A stretch of 64,000 nucleotides of DNA. It comes from Trichodelitschia bisporula (taxonomy: Eukaryota). The DNA lies in NCBI GenBank assembly GCA_010356995.1, contig ML996690.1, forward strand, positions 1,210,217-1,274,216. The letters are read 5' to 3'. The notes below the pieces were generated by a model. The model was not told the origin of the DNA. It did no database searches and worked only from the letters and a program-made list of their open reading frames with translations. This document shows positions 24,328 to 34,992 of this stretch, piece by piece (position 1 is the stretch's first letter; the number at the start of each line of letters is the position of its first letter). The position numbers were made by a program, and so were the translations under genes.

Positions 24328-25043
24328 TCACCATACGTCCGCTGTCCACTCGGACAAATTACGCCTCTGAAGCGCCCCCCACTTCCTACTCACATTAGCA
24401 CTGAACATCAAAGAATCCAAAGAGCCTACGTTTCCATCTCCGGCGCATCATTCTCGCCCGTCAACGCTACCCAGAACTCAAAGATCCTGTACAGCGAAAC
24501 CGGGAAATAGCCTTGCCAAGTGCGCACCGGCTCAGGGATCTCATCATCCTCATAATAGTGCATCTCGTCCTCCTCGTCGAGCCAAAAGTCAATCGGATCC
24601 GGCAACTTCTCCACCGCAGTGATCGTATACCCGCTCGGCGGTCCACTATACCCAGGCATATCATCCGGTGCATCAAGAATCCTCTCCAGCGTCGCCTCAT
24701 CAATCACCAGAAACGCCTTATACGTCCCCGAAAACAGTTGTCCAGGCACAGAACCCAGTCCAGCGACCCACGTGTCGAAATGCCTGGCCAGTTCATCGTA
24801 GTCAGCCTTGTCGAACACGTCCCTGCCCTCCATAATTATGGTTTGAAATTGATCCCAGGCAAAGTCTCGGTTTTGCTGATCGGCTTCCTCGTTATGCTTA
24901 TCGAAACCGGATCGAACGAGATCATTCAGTCGGTCCATAGCGGCTGGCCAGATTTCGTCCGAGCGTTCGGTGTATACCGTGCGGTAGATGACGAAACCCC
25001 AGGTCTGGGTGCGCTGTAGGAGACCCTGCACATATTCGGTCAT
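24328..25043 (-). CDS. Cytosolic hypothetical protein with WGFVIYRT motif (probable 3' intron)
   Basis: 205-aa ORF with WGFVIYRTVY..FLVIDE. A GTAGGC..CTAAT..TAG intron would extend it to ..EWTADVW-stop at 24328. Confidence 0.75.
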
Positions 25044-27220
25044 GTTGCCGGAGTCAACGGAGGTGTGCAGCGGGGTCGTTGGAATTCACTTTGTTGCCGA
25101 GGCTTGACTTTTTCCACGCTCTGGGTCTAGATTGACAACCTTGAGGGATTAGATGGGAAGGATTCCGGAAATGAGGGCTTACTTACCGGGACTGAAGGAT
25201 TGGGGCTGCAATTGCAGAACGGTCGAGCAATCCCAAGGGATGGGCTCGACGGGGATTTATACTGAAGGTGCAGGGCTTACACGTGATATGGCAGTTCTAT
25301 GTAGAGAAGAGGTGCTGAAATTGACCGGCTCTCGTCAACGGCGAAGCGGCCGGGACATGTGGTGGATATAGATTGCCCCCAGCCAGCCCTGGACTCGCGA
25401 TCGATCACCGGAACCTTCCACACAGAGAAATCCGGGATAACAATGTCAGAGGCTGAGGGGAATTCGCAGTTCAAGCACTCCTGCAATCATTCTTCTCCAG
25501 AGCCCCGGCAAGCCGAAGAACAATGGTGAAAAAGGTTCTTCGCGTCAGCTCCAGGTAGTGCAATAGGAGCGACACAGTGCTGATCGACAATGCGCAAGCA
25601 CAGCGGCCGAACCAGCAGAGAACAAAAATAAGATTAATCTTGAAGATGACTCCGTAGAGTCGTTCCAGAGATTAAACTGAAAAGAACAGATACTACACTT
25701 GATCTAAGCCAAAGGCAAAGAGAGCTGGAGAAAAGAAGAAGAGGTTTGGAAGGGGAGAGTGGAGGCTTTTATACCCACGCGGGGGAGAGGTGCACGGACC
25801 ACCAAGAAATATTGTGGCCGCTTCCGTTTGCAAAAGGCCCAGGGAGACCAGCCACAAGTTCTTTGAGTGGCCCCTTGATCATCGCCGAACTGCACCTTCC
25901 CTAGGAACAGACGCCCAGGTGTTTGCTCAACCACTGGATTCTTCCCGCTCATCTCCTCAACTACTGGACCTCATCGTCATCATGATGCTTTTGACACGAT
26001 CTGTTTCCCAAGCTGTACTGTCTTTTCTCCCATACTTCACTGGTTCATGACGGCCGTTGGGATCGCCGCCTTGATGTCGTGATGATCAAGCGCCCGGGGT
26101 GCCATTTCACAGTTACGATGGATTCCAGTAGCATCACCGGGCGGACTCGGGAAGCAAGTCCAGCTGGCAACGTATACAGCAACCTCCCTGCGATCTGCAA
26201 ACGAACTTCGCCATCTCACGATGCGTATCGCTCTCAACACCGATAATGGCGAGGAGGTAGACAAGCGGACAACCACTGTCGTCGCCCTACCCACACCAGC
26301 CTTCGGTCCCGAAGAGATGTATGCAGAGGATGCTCCTCTCTGACGTCTCCGAGCGGCGTTTCAACTCACCCTAGAATGGAAAGGTCAAGGACTGGACCCT
26401 TTGTCACAAGTTCCACGTAGTCGACTGGCACAAGTCAAATTCACAGACAAAAGTCCATGAACTACCACACCTCGATTCCAACAGTGCAAGCTGCCCGACC
26501 CGTCCCCGGGTCCTCGGAAACGGGAAGCTTACGACGCCAACGGCACGGCGCCATAAACCGCTTTAACGACCCGAATTTTCATCCAACACCACAACCAACA
26601 AGCTCCCAACACCCGTCCAACACAACCCCAGCGCTGATCCATCACATATCCATTAACACCAGCTCTGCATCCAAGAACCTGCAGTGCGACGCGCAGACCC
26701 GCTTCCCCGCAAGCACCTCTCCGACTCGTCCCGTACGCCTATCGGGAGACGATTTTCTTTGCCCTTTCAGGCGCGGCTGCTATCTCTGGTTCTTTTCCTG
26801 AGCAAGAGGAGACGCTGCACGCGTTGCACCACACCGCTCCTGCTCTCCGCGCGCACCCGACCACGCCCGAGGTCGGAGGAGCCGCGTGCGTGAAGGCTGC
26901 TGTGCGTCGTGCTTCCGAACCTCCATTCGACGTCAGCGAAATCTCAGGTACGTGACGTGTGTTCGCCCTATGTGAGTTAGGCGAGCACCCAATCAGCGGC
27001 CCAGGCGTTACCCCAGCATTACCCCTTCGAAACGGGGATTGGCTGGAATTTGGGCACCGTGACAGGTGGACGGGACTTGATATCGAGAACTTCATCCAGA
27101 TTTCTGTAGAGCAGGTTCTTACTTCTTACCAGACTGGCGGCCTGGGTTTTTTTGGATTAAAAAGAGAGCTTTCTGGGCTTTTGGGTGGATTTTGGGTTTT
27201 GAGTAGTTGAGAAGCTCGCA

Positions 27221-29140
27221 ATGGCTACTCCGGTGTCGGCATCGCCGTCTGCGCCCGGCAGCGCTCCACACACTCGCGCGCCGTCCGTCGTACTCCCCGA
27301 ATACAGCGTGTTACCGCCGAACTTCGACTTCCCAGAGTCACGGGTGCTGATCATCATCACGGGTAACCCACTTCACATCCTTATCAGAACACTCCTCACT
27401 AGCCCCATAGGCGGCACAATCTGCATGCAGCGATCCGTAGACGGCTACGTCCCAGCAACAAACTTCCTAAAATTCGGCCTCGCACCCCGGCCGGACTTCA
27501 ACGACGGCAGCTACCCAGACCCGCTGGAGGTAGTGCTCGACAACGCAGGCACACGTAAGGCAGTGCAGAGTCTACGCACGCCAGCCAGCGCCTACGACCG
27601 GCGTGTACGCTATGCCGTGCACGAGTTCGAAACGCTGCTAGACAGCAGCAGCATCGATGCGCGGGGCTGGGATCTGATCGCCGAGACCGTAGCGCGGAAC
27701 TATAGGCTGTACGACGGGTTCGTAGTTCTGCACGGCACGGACAGTCTGGCGTATACGTCCAGCGCGCTGAGTTTCATGCTGCGTAATTTGGGGAAGCCGG
27801 TCATACTTACCGGGTCCCAGGCCCCGATGGTCGAGCTCCAAAACGATGCGACGGATAACCTGCTCGGTGCGCTCGTTGTGGCGGGCCACTTTATGCTGCC
27901 GGAGGTGTGCCTGTTTTTCAATGGCACGTTGTTCCGCGGTAACCGCGCTACCAAGGTCTCCGCTGACAGCTACGCGGCCTTCGCGTCGCCCAACTTTCCG
28001 CCGCTGGCTACGATCTCCAGCCGCAAAACGCAGGTCCAGTGGCATCTAATCCACCGCCCGACCTCGCTCGCCGAATTCGCAGTCCACACCAAACTCGACA
28101 CCGCACACGTCGCCTGCCTGCGCATCTTCCCCGGCATAAAACCCGAGATGGTGGACGCGGTGCTGCGCCTCCCCGACCTCAAAGGCCTAGTCCTCGAGTC
28201 CTTCGGCGCGGGCAACACGCCCGGCGGGCCGGACGGGGCGCTAGTCCGCGTCCTCGCCGAAGCCGTAGCCCGGGGGATTGTGATCGTCAACATCACGCAG
28301 TGCCTAGCCGGCAGCGTGAGTCCGCTGTATGCACCGGCCACGGTGCTCGGCCGCGCGGGCGTCGTCTTCGGCGGCGACATGACCTCCGAAGCGGCTTTGA
28401 CGAAACTGAGCTACCTGCTCAGCCGCGACGGGAGCCCCGAAGACGTGGCGCGTGACATGGGGATCAGCATTGCGGGGGAAGTGAGCGAGAGCAGGCCAAC
28501 GGCTTTCGCGCATCCGGGACTGGAGGGCGGGACCGGGGCGCTGACGCCGCAGGTTGAGACGTTGACGGCGCTGGGGTATGCGGTTAGGGAGGGGGATGAG
28601 AGGGGGGTGGAGAGGCTGGTTAAGGCGGAGGGGAGGTGGTTGTTAAATGATGCGGATTATAGCGGGAATACGCCCGTGGTGAGTGGCCCTTTCTTTTTAA
28701 TCCTTTCATCCCGATATTTAAGGAGTGGGGAGGGGACGTGGTGCTGCAACGTCGTTCGCGCGTTACGTACGCGTCACGCGCGGACATCGCGAGTGAGCCC
28801 GCGGAGATGCACAACTGCTGCTAGCCTCGCGCCTTACCGACGGGCCGACAACGGGTACGCAGCTGGAAGCTAACCTGCTCCTTACCAGCACTTCGCAGCC
28901 ACGGGGCCTAACCCGTCCATCCTGCGCTCGTTCCTCAAGGCCGGGGCCAGCGTGCACCTGCGCAATCGCGGCGGGCGCACGCCGCTGTTCCTTGCGGCAG
29001 CGGCGGGACTGGTGGATAATGTACGGTTGTTGCGCGAGGCGGGGGCGCATTTGCATGGGGGGGAGATACGCGCGGCGAGGAGTGCGAGGGATGAGGATGG
29101 GAATCGGGGGGTATGGGAGGTGGCGGGGTTGGAGGGGTAG
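27221..29140 (+). CDS. Cytoplasmic L-asparaginase / 60-kDa lysophospholipase type with C-terminal ankyrin repeats (2 introns)
   Basis: ITG|GTICM, LLDSS, GFVVLHGTDSLAY, KPVILTGSQ, RGNRATK, ESFGAGN, DMTSEAALTKL, GNTPV|HFAA and GRTPLFLAA. Confidence 0.94.
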
Positions 29141-29393
29141 AGTTGGGTTGATGGGGCGGGGTGGTAGGGAGGGGTAGTTAGAGGCAGGGATAGTGGGCGA
29201 TAGGCGACGGGTTGCGGCTGGGAGAGCCGGCGATACGAAAGGGAATCAGAAGCGGTGGGCTTGCCGAGCAAGAAGCAGCTTGAATGGTGTCATACCACTC
29301 GTGCACCGGCTCAGGCTCTCCATCTTCGAGACATAAAATTGTGGCAGTTTTGCGTACAATCGCGAATCTCACCCCCCAGCCCGGCGCTCCGCC

Positions 29394-29430
29394 TGCAAAG
29401 CAGTGCAAAGCAGTGCAAAGCAGTGCAAAG
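29394..29430. repeat. 10-bp tandem repeat (tgcaaagcag), about 3.7 copies
   Basis: Directly visible. Confidence 0.85.
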
Positions 29431-30810
29431 ATATCCTACCGCCTACCCGGCCATGCAAGCTCCGCTGCACGTACTGCATATCGCTGCATGGGCCGGCAAA
29501 GTCCATCAGGCACACGCGCACATCCTGCATGCATCCCCGTATCTATCGAGTAAAGGTGCAGGGGCGGAGGGGCTATCCTAATCCAGCACCAGATCTGGCC
29601 CCCGACGCGGCGCTGATTAGCCATTGGTGACGAATTTTGGATTGTGGAAGATTGTGTCTGATTCGTTGGCTGGGGGCGGCCGCTGTGCGATGATGTGAGG
29701 GCGCAGTGAAGATACCGGGCTTCATGGATTTGGGATTTTTTTTTTTTATGAAGCTGGGGGATTGGGACAGTGTTGTGATGTTTTGGGGTGGTTGCTTGCG
29801 GTGCTTGTCGTCGCTTATTTGGTGCTTGGGCGCGGCTTGATGGCGGGTATCATGAAAATGCGGGGCGTTTAGTCCTAGATTGCAATATCTTCGGAGTTCA
29901 CCGCGACCGGACTGGATTGCCTTGTCGGATATTTAGTTCTAGTTTTTGGGTGGAGCTGTGGAGTAGGCTGTACGTACAAATATCCCATAGCGAGCGCCTA
30001 ACGACATCCACGGATGCGTCGAAGGGCTCTAGCACGACGGCCAGACCTCCGCGAAGTCTATTCTACAAAAGGGACTAATGAGACACCTTTCCACAAGCGC
30101 AGGATAGGCTACTGTAGTACCGTAAGAAGAGATGCTTGACGCTATACACTAGGCGCTGCGGGTGCGGCTCTCGTGACGCGCTGGCTTTTGTGGGTGATGG
30201 CTGCAAGAGAAGGGTTCTGATATCGCTTCTCGTCTCTTCCTCTTTGGCTCTGCTGCACCTCGGAAGGTATATGCAGTTACAGCCATGCCTCGCCCAATCC
30301 ATTCCAATCGGCGCAACTCCCGTCGCACAGCATCAAACTTGCCCCTTCTCAGCATCCCCGCGGTGCGGCCTTGATGGCTGCCTGCCGCTGCGGCAACCGG
30401 CTTCCCCGCGTTTTGGCCATCATCCGCGCCATCCACGGCCTACTACGGGTATAACGTTTCCATGTCCAATCTGCCAATCCAATCCTACCGCCTGCCCGAG
30501 CCACCTGCGCCTGCGCTTGGTCTGTTGCTTTCCTAAGCCTCCGATGCATGGCTGTGCTGCGCTTTGCTGCGTGCTTAGATGCAAGGCCGTGAGCGGGTGC
30601 TCCCGGCTGCGGTTGGTGCTTTGCTTTGCTTGTACGTACGAGGACGATGTGGTCGCTAGCCGGGCTCGTTGCTGGCCTCCGCTCGCTCGTTTCGTGAACC
30701 GGCTTGTGCCTCCCTCCCCCTCCTTCCACTGCTGCATGCCCCGCCCCGCCTCGCGCGTGAGGTGGTTTACGTAAACCGAGCGACAGGAGCAGCAGGTTTT
30801 GCGTGTGCGG

Positions 30811-30845
30811 TGATGATGATGATAATGATGATGGTGATGATGATG
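30811..30845. repeat. Imperfect (TGA)n microsatellite
   Basis: tgatgatgatgataatgatgatggtgatgatgatg. Confidence 0.9.
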
Positions 30846-30940
30846 CCTCTGTAAAGGTGCCCGACGCTGGGTGCGAGAATGCGGGCGAAGTAGCGGATGC
30901 CGGTTATGGGAATTTGAGGTGATGGGGTAAGTGAGTCGTC

Positions 30941-30961
30941 CTATCACTTATCGCTCTATCA
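30941..30961 (-). promoter_or_regulatory. Three tandem HGATAR elements about 1 kb upstream of nmrA
   Basis: ctatcacttatcgctctatca reads TGATAG, CGATAA, TGATAG on the minus strand within 21 bp. Confidence 0.4.
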
Positions 30962-31951
30962 GAGGCGGTATGAGAGTCCAGCCTCTTGATTGCGGCGGCG
31001 CTTCTCAGCCCCAGACTTTTACGCCGCTTGTCCCAGCTATCCGGCTGGCTGCTGGCTGCTGGCGGGCCGGCCGTGGACCGGGGATTTGCAACTAGGTGGC
31101 ATGTCGGGAGAGTGTGCCTAGCGATAGTGTGTGCGTGAGAAGAGGGAGGGGATGCAGACACTGTAATGGCGAGGTGTGAGCAATATCTGGTGAGCGATTG
31201 TATCATCCGTTTGCGAGGCTGCGCTAGAACTAGGGAAGGGGAGTGCGTCCAGCATAAATGCGATGCCTGGCTTCCTTTCTGTGTCTCCTCTTTTCTATCT
31301 ATTTTTGCACAATCTTTTTTCCTTGTTCTCGTCCCTCGTACGGTATTCTCAACATCTACGCCCGGGAGGGTAGTCGGCTACGCCTGCACGATTTATCACT
31401 ACGTACCACACACCACACTACATTCTCAACCACTATCGTCACCACCACCACAGCTCCTCCACACCGACCTGCATCTCACGCCCCCCTCACCCTCCCTCCT
31501 GCACCACACACCACCTCCTAAACAACCAACCCCAACTCCCCTCCTACCCCCCGTGGCCCCATACGCCGCATCCCACCAGTCAACCCGCTAACGAACCCCA
31601 CCTCCCCAAGCTCCTCGCTAGCTAACCGCAAGCGCCTCAAGCAACAAACGGGCACCCCCGCCTCTGCCAGTCCCTCGGACACTTTTTCCATTCCTTTTTT
31701 TCACCTCACCAGTCCCTATTCCAACCTCACTCCATAAATCCCGTCTCCCATCATCAGCAGATCCCTCCAAGGGGCCCTCACACATCACCACTCCGACTCC
31801 TCCGGCTGACACCTCCTCCGAGAAGGCATTACGTGTAACGCTCCGCTCGCCTTCGCGCCGCTCGATCGGAGTTTCCCCGCTATATATCGACGCAGTCCCG
31901 ACGGGCCAAATGGCCGCAAAGGCGTAGCGACGTGCCAGCCGAACCGACAAC

Positions 31952-33138
31952 ATGCAGCCCGCGCTGCCCTACCGCCCGCTCCCCTCGCCGCCCCTCACCT
32001 CCACCCCTCCAACGACATCTCCCTCCTACAGCTACTACAACACCTCGCCCGGGCCCTCCTCTCCGTCCCAAACCACTTTCTACACAGCGCAACCGCCCTT
32101 CTGCCCCCGCGTAGTCACAGTCAATGCCTCCGGCCGCCAAGCCGCCTCCTTCGTACGCGTCGCCAGCGCACTCGGCTGGCCCGTCCGCGCCCAGATGAAA
32201 GACAGGATCGGCATCGTCGCGCAGGACATATGCGCCCGTCCCGGCGTCACCGTCATCGAAGGCAGCCTCGCCGACCCCAAGGTACTCGAAGAACTCTTCC
32301 GCGGCTCCCCCGAAGTCGCATTCATAAACACGACGCACTGGGGTGATGAAGTGGCCATCGGGTGCGCCATCGCCGACGCCGCCGTCCGGGCTGGCGTGCG
32401 CCACTTAGTGTACAGCAGCATGCCTGACCACGGCGCGTGGCGGGGGTGGACAGGCTTACCGCTGTGGACTGGGAAGGCGGCTGTTGAGAGATATATTAGG
32501 GGGCTGGGTATTCCGACGACGTTTATCTATTGTGGGGTTTACCATAATAATTTTACGAGTCTGCCGTATCCGCTCTTTAGGATGGAGATGCAGGAGGGGG
32601 GGGGGTTTGTGTGGCAAGCGCCGTTTCATCCGGATCGGAAGTTACCTTGGGTGGATGCGGAGCAGGATGTTGGGCCGGTTGTGTTGCAGATTTTTAAGGA
32701 GGGGGTGGGGAGGTGGGGGGGACGGCGGTAAGTGTGTTTAATGGGTTTGATAGGGGAAGTGCTGATGAATGTAGGGTGCCGCTGGCGTTTGAGTACCTCA
32801 CGCCCCGCGAGGTGTGCCGTGCCTTCAGCCGCGCGCTCGAGCGGCCTGTCGAATACGTGCGTGGGCCTGTCGAGGTCGCGATCAGCATCCCAAGGGGATA
32901 CCAGCAGCACCTATCCATTTTGGAGAGCGTCCTGGGCTGGGGCGAAGCCCCATACTTTGGACCGGATCTGGAACCCAACTGCACGCAGCTGGCGCAGCAT
33001 CTGTGGCAGGGGAGCAGGGGGATTGAGGAGTATGCAAGGGAGGTTTTTCCTGTCGAGGAGTACAACAATGGGTTGCGGTGGATGGAGGAGGATGAGAGTG
33101 ATCAAAAAACGAATACCGTTTATGAGATGGGGTGTTAG
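31952..33138 (+). CDS. nmrA: Nitrogen metabolite repression regulator NmrA/NMR1 (1 intron)
   Basis: VNASGRQAASFVRVASA, FINTTHWGDE, YSSMPDH, YHNNFTSLPYPLF, WQAPFHP..LPW.DAE.DVGP, EEYAREVFPVEE..NG. Confidence 0.92.
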
Positions 33139-33558
33139 GTCTGGCCCTGGTTCGCTGGTTGGGAAATTTTGGATGAGAGGGGTAACGGGGTCTGGTGTTT
33201 TTGGGTTGGGGTTTTGGGGGGGGGGATGGGTAGATGGGAAAAGTTAGGCTTGCTTTGCTTGCGCGGGGGTGAGGATATACGGTAGCAAGTCATACGTGAG
33301 ATGTACGGAGTACCGTACAGGTCAAATACTCCGAAGATCGACATCTGCATCTCAGCCTTCCGTCTACCGATCGACGTCACGTGCCTCTACCATCTTTCTT
33401 CCACGTCTTCTCGAAGCCGAGCTGATTCGCCAATCAGCGTCGATCTGCGCACGGACCCATTGCCAATCCGCCGACGCAGACCAGACCTCACCTCCAAAAA
33501 CTCCGCATCGCCAACTCCGCGTCGTTGCCGTTCACCACAACTGCCGCCCACCACAATC

Positions 33559-34491
33559 ATGGCAGTGCCTTCCCTACGCACAAGTATGACAACACCCTGC
33601 TTACGCACAACTCTGGCCCTGCGGCCTGCGGCTGTCCGTCCCGTCATGGCGGCCCAGCGCCGCTGGCATACCATCATCCCGCGCGACCAGTTGAGCAATC
33701 CGCCGGAGGGGATTCCGGTTACTTGGTTGAAGCGTAAGTCCTCCGTGCGTCTTCCCCATATACTTGCCCCATCCTCGCACGATTTCCTGACCTCTCACGA
33801 CTTCCTGACCGCCCACAACTTCCCTACCTCCCACGACTTCCCTACCTCCCACGACTTCCCCAGCCTTTCCAGGCAGCCTCCATCATTGACATGCATGCCG
33901 CTAACCCGGCGCAGCCCGCAAAAAGCTCTCCAAGATCTACGTGCACCCCCCTCCACGCAGCATGCCGAAGAAGTGCCCGGACCCAGTCGGCGTCGTTACG
34001 GCATCTCAGCTGGCTACATTGGATAGCAGTGGGGCACGCGCGCGGCTGTTCGACAAGGAGAATACTGAGGGTGTTCGGGTTGGAGATGTGTTGCACGTGC
34101 GGATGAGGGAGGGCGAGCCGGTGTCTGGGGTGTGTTTGAATATTCGCCGGAGGGGCGTGGAAACGGCTATCCTGCTCAGGAATCAGCTCACGCGTGTGGG
34201 CGTCGAGGTGTGGGTCAAGGTGTTCAGCCCGTTGGTGCAGAGTGTGGAGATTGTGCAGAGGAGGGTGAGACGGGCGAGGAGGGCGCGGTTGTATTACATG
34301 AGGTATGTGCGATGGACGTTTTGGGGGTGGGTGAGGGCTAACAGGGGTGCAGGCAACCGAAGCACGATATGGGCTCGGTGGAGGGTCTGGTGCGTACGTA
34401 CCTGCGCCAGCGCGCGGTGTTGGGGTCTGGGGGGAAGGGGGCGGCGGAGATGCTGGGGAAGAAGGGGAAGGGGAAGGGGAAGAAGAAGTAG
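33559..34491 (+). CDS. IMG1: Mitochondrial ribosomal protein bL19m (Img1-like; 2 introns)
   Basis: Arg-rich presequence; VGDVL..GVCLNIRRRG..TAILLRNQLTRVGVEVW.KVFSP..RRARRARLYYMR|QPKHD. Confidence 0.92.
33778..33860. repeat. 18-bp minisatellite (cacgacttccctacctcc), about 4.5 copies, inside bL19m intron 1
   Basis: Lies within intron 33734-33914 (GTAAGT..CTAAC..CAG). Confidence 0.85.
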
Positions 34492-34992
34492 GCGGCTGGT
34501 GGAGTGGATTCGGAGTAGGCTGGAAGGGGAGACGGCTCGAGGGCGAGGTATCGAGCTTTCGTTGGGGCATCACGACTTCAGTTCAATGGCCAATGGGGGC
34601 ATCGCTTCCAACCGAGTTCTCAATCGAGGGAGTCCCTTCCCCTCCAGTACCGAATTGGGACGGCATTTGCACGGCAACACTCACCTAGGCCGGCGTCCTT
34701 CCCCTTTCATGGACGGCAATCGTGCCCGCGCGGTAGTGATGGCTTAGAAGGGAGGTCGCTATGCAGCTCATTGTTGACAGTCCATAGAGAACATATAACA
34801 CCGCCTTCTTCCTCTCTCTTCACTTCTGCAAAAACCGATCCCCGTTCACTCGTAACAGATTTCTCTCTCGCCAACCAACATCCATTTGAGACTATCTCAC
34901 CACCATTGTTACGATCACTTTTTTACCGATTATTTACAATTCTTTCTTACTTTTACACACGCTTCACCACCACCACCGACCACCAGACAACG

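Noticed and set aside
30075..31600. Several 100-200 aa ORFs upstream of nmrA, including a poly-His frame
   Set aside because: No recognisable motifs; the poly-His/Met runs come from the (TGA)n microsatellite.
34771..34992. ORF-track start at TTG 34771
   Set aside because: This is eukaryotic DNA. The segment is pyrimidine-rich and UTR-like, and the first ATG is at 34993.
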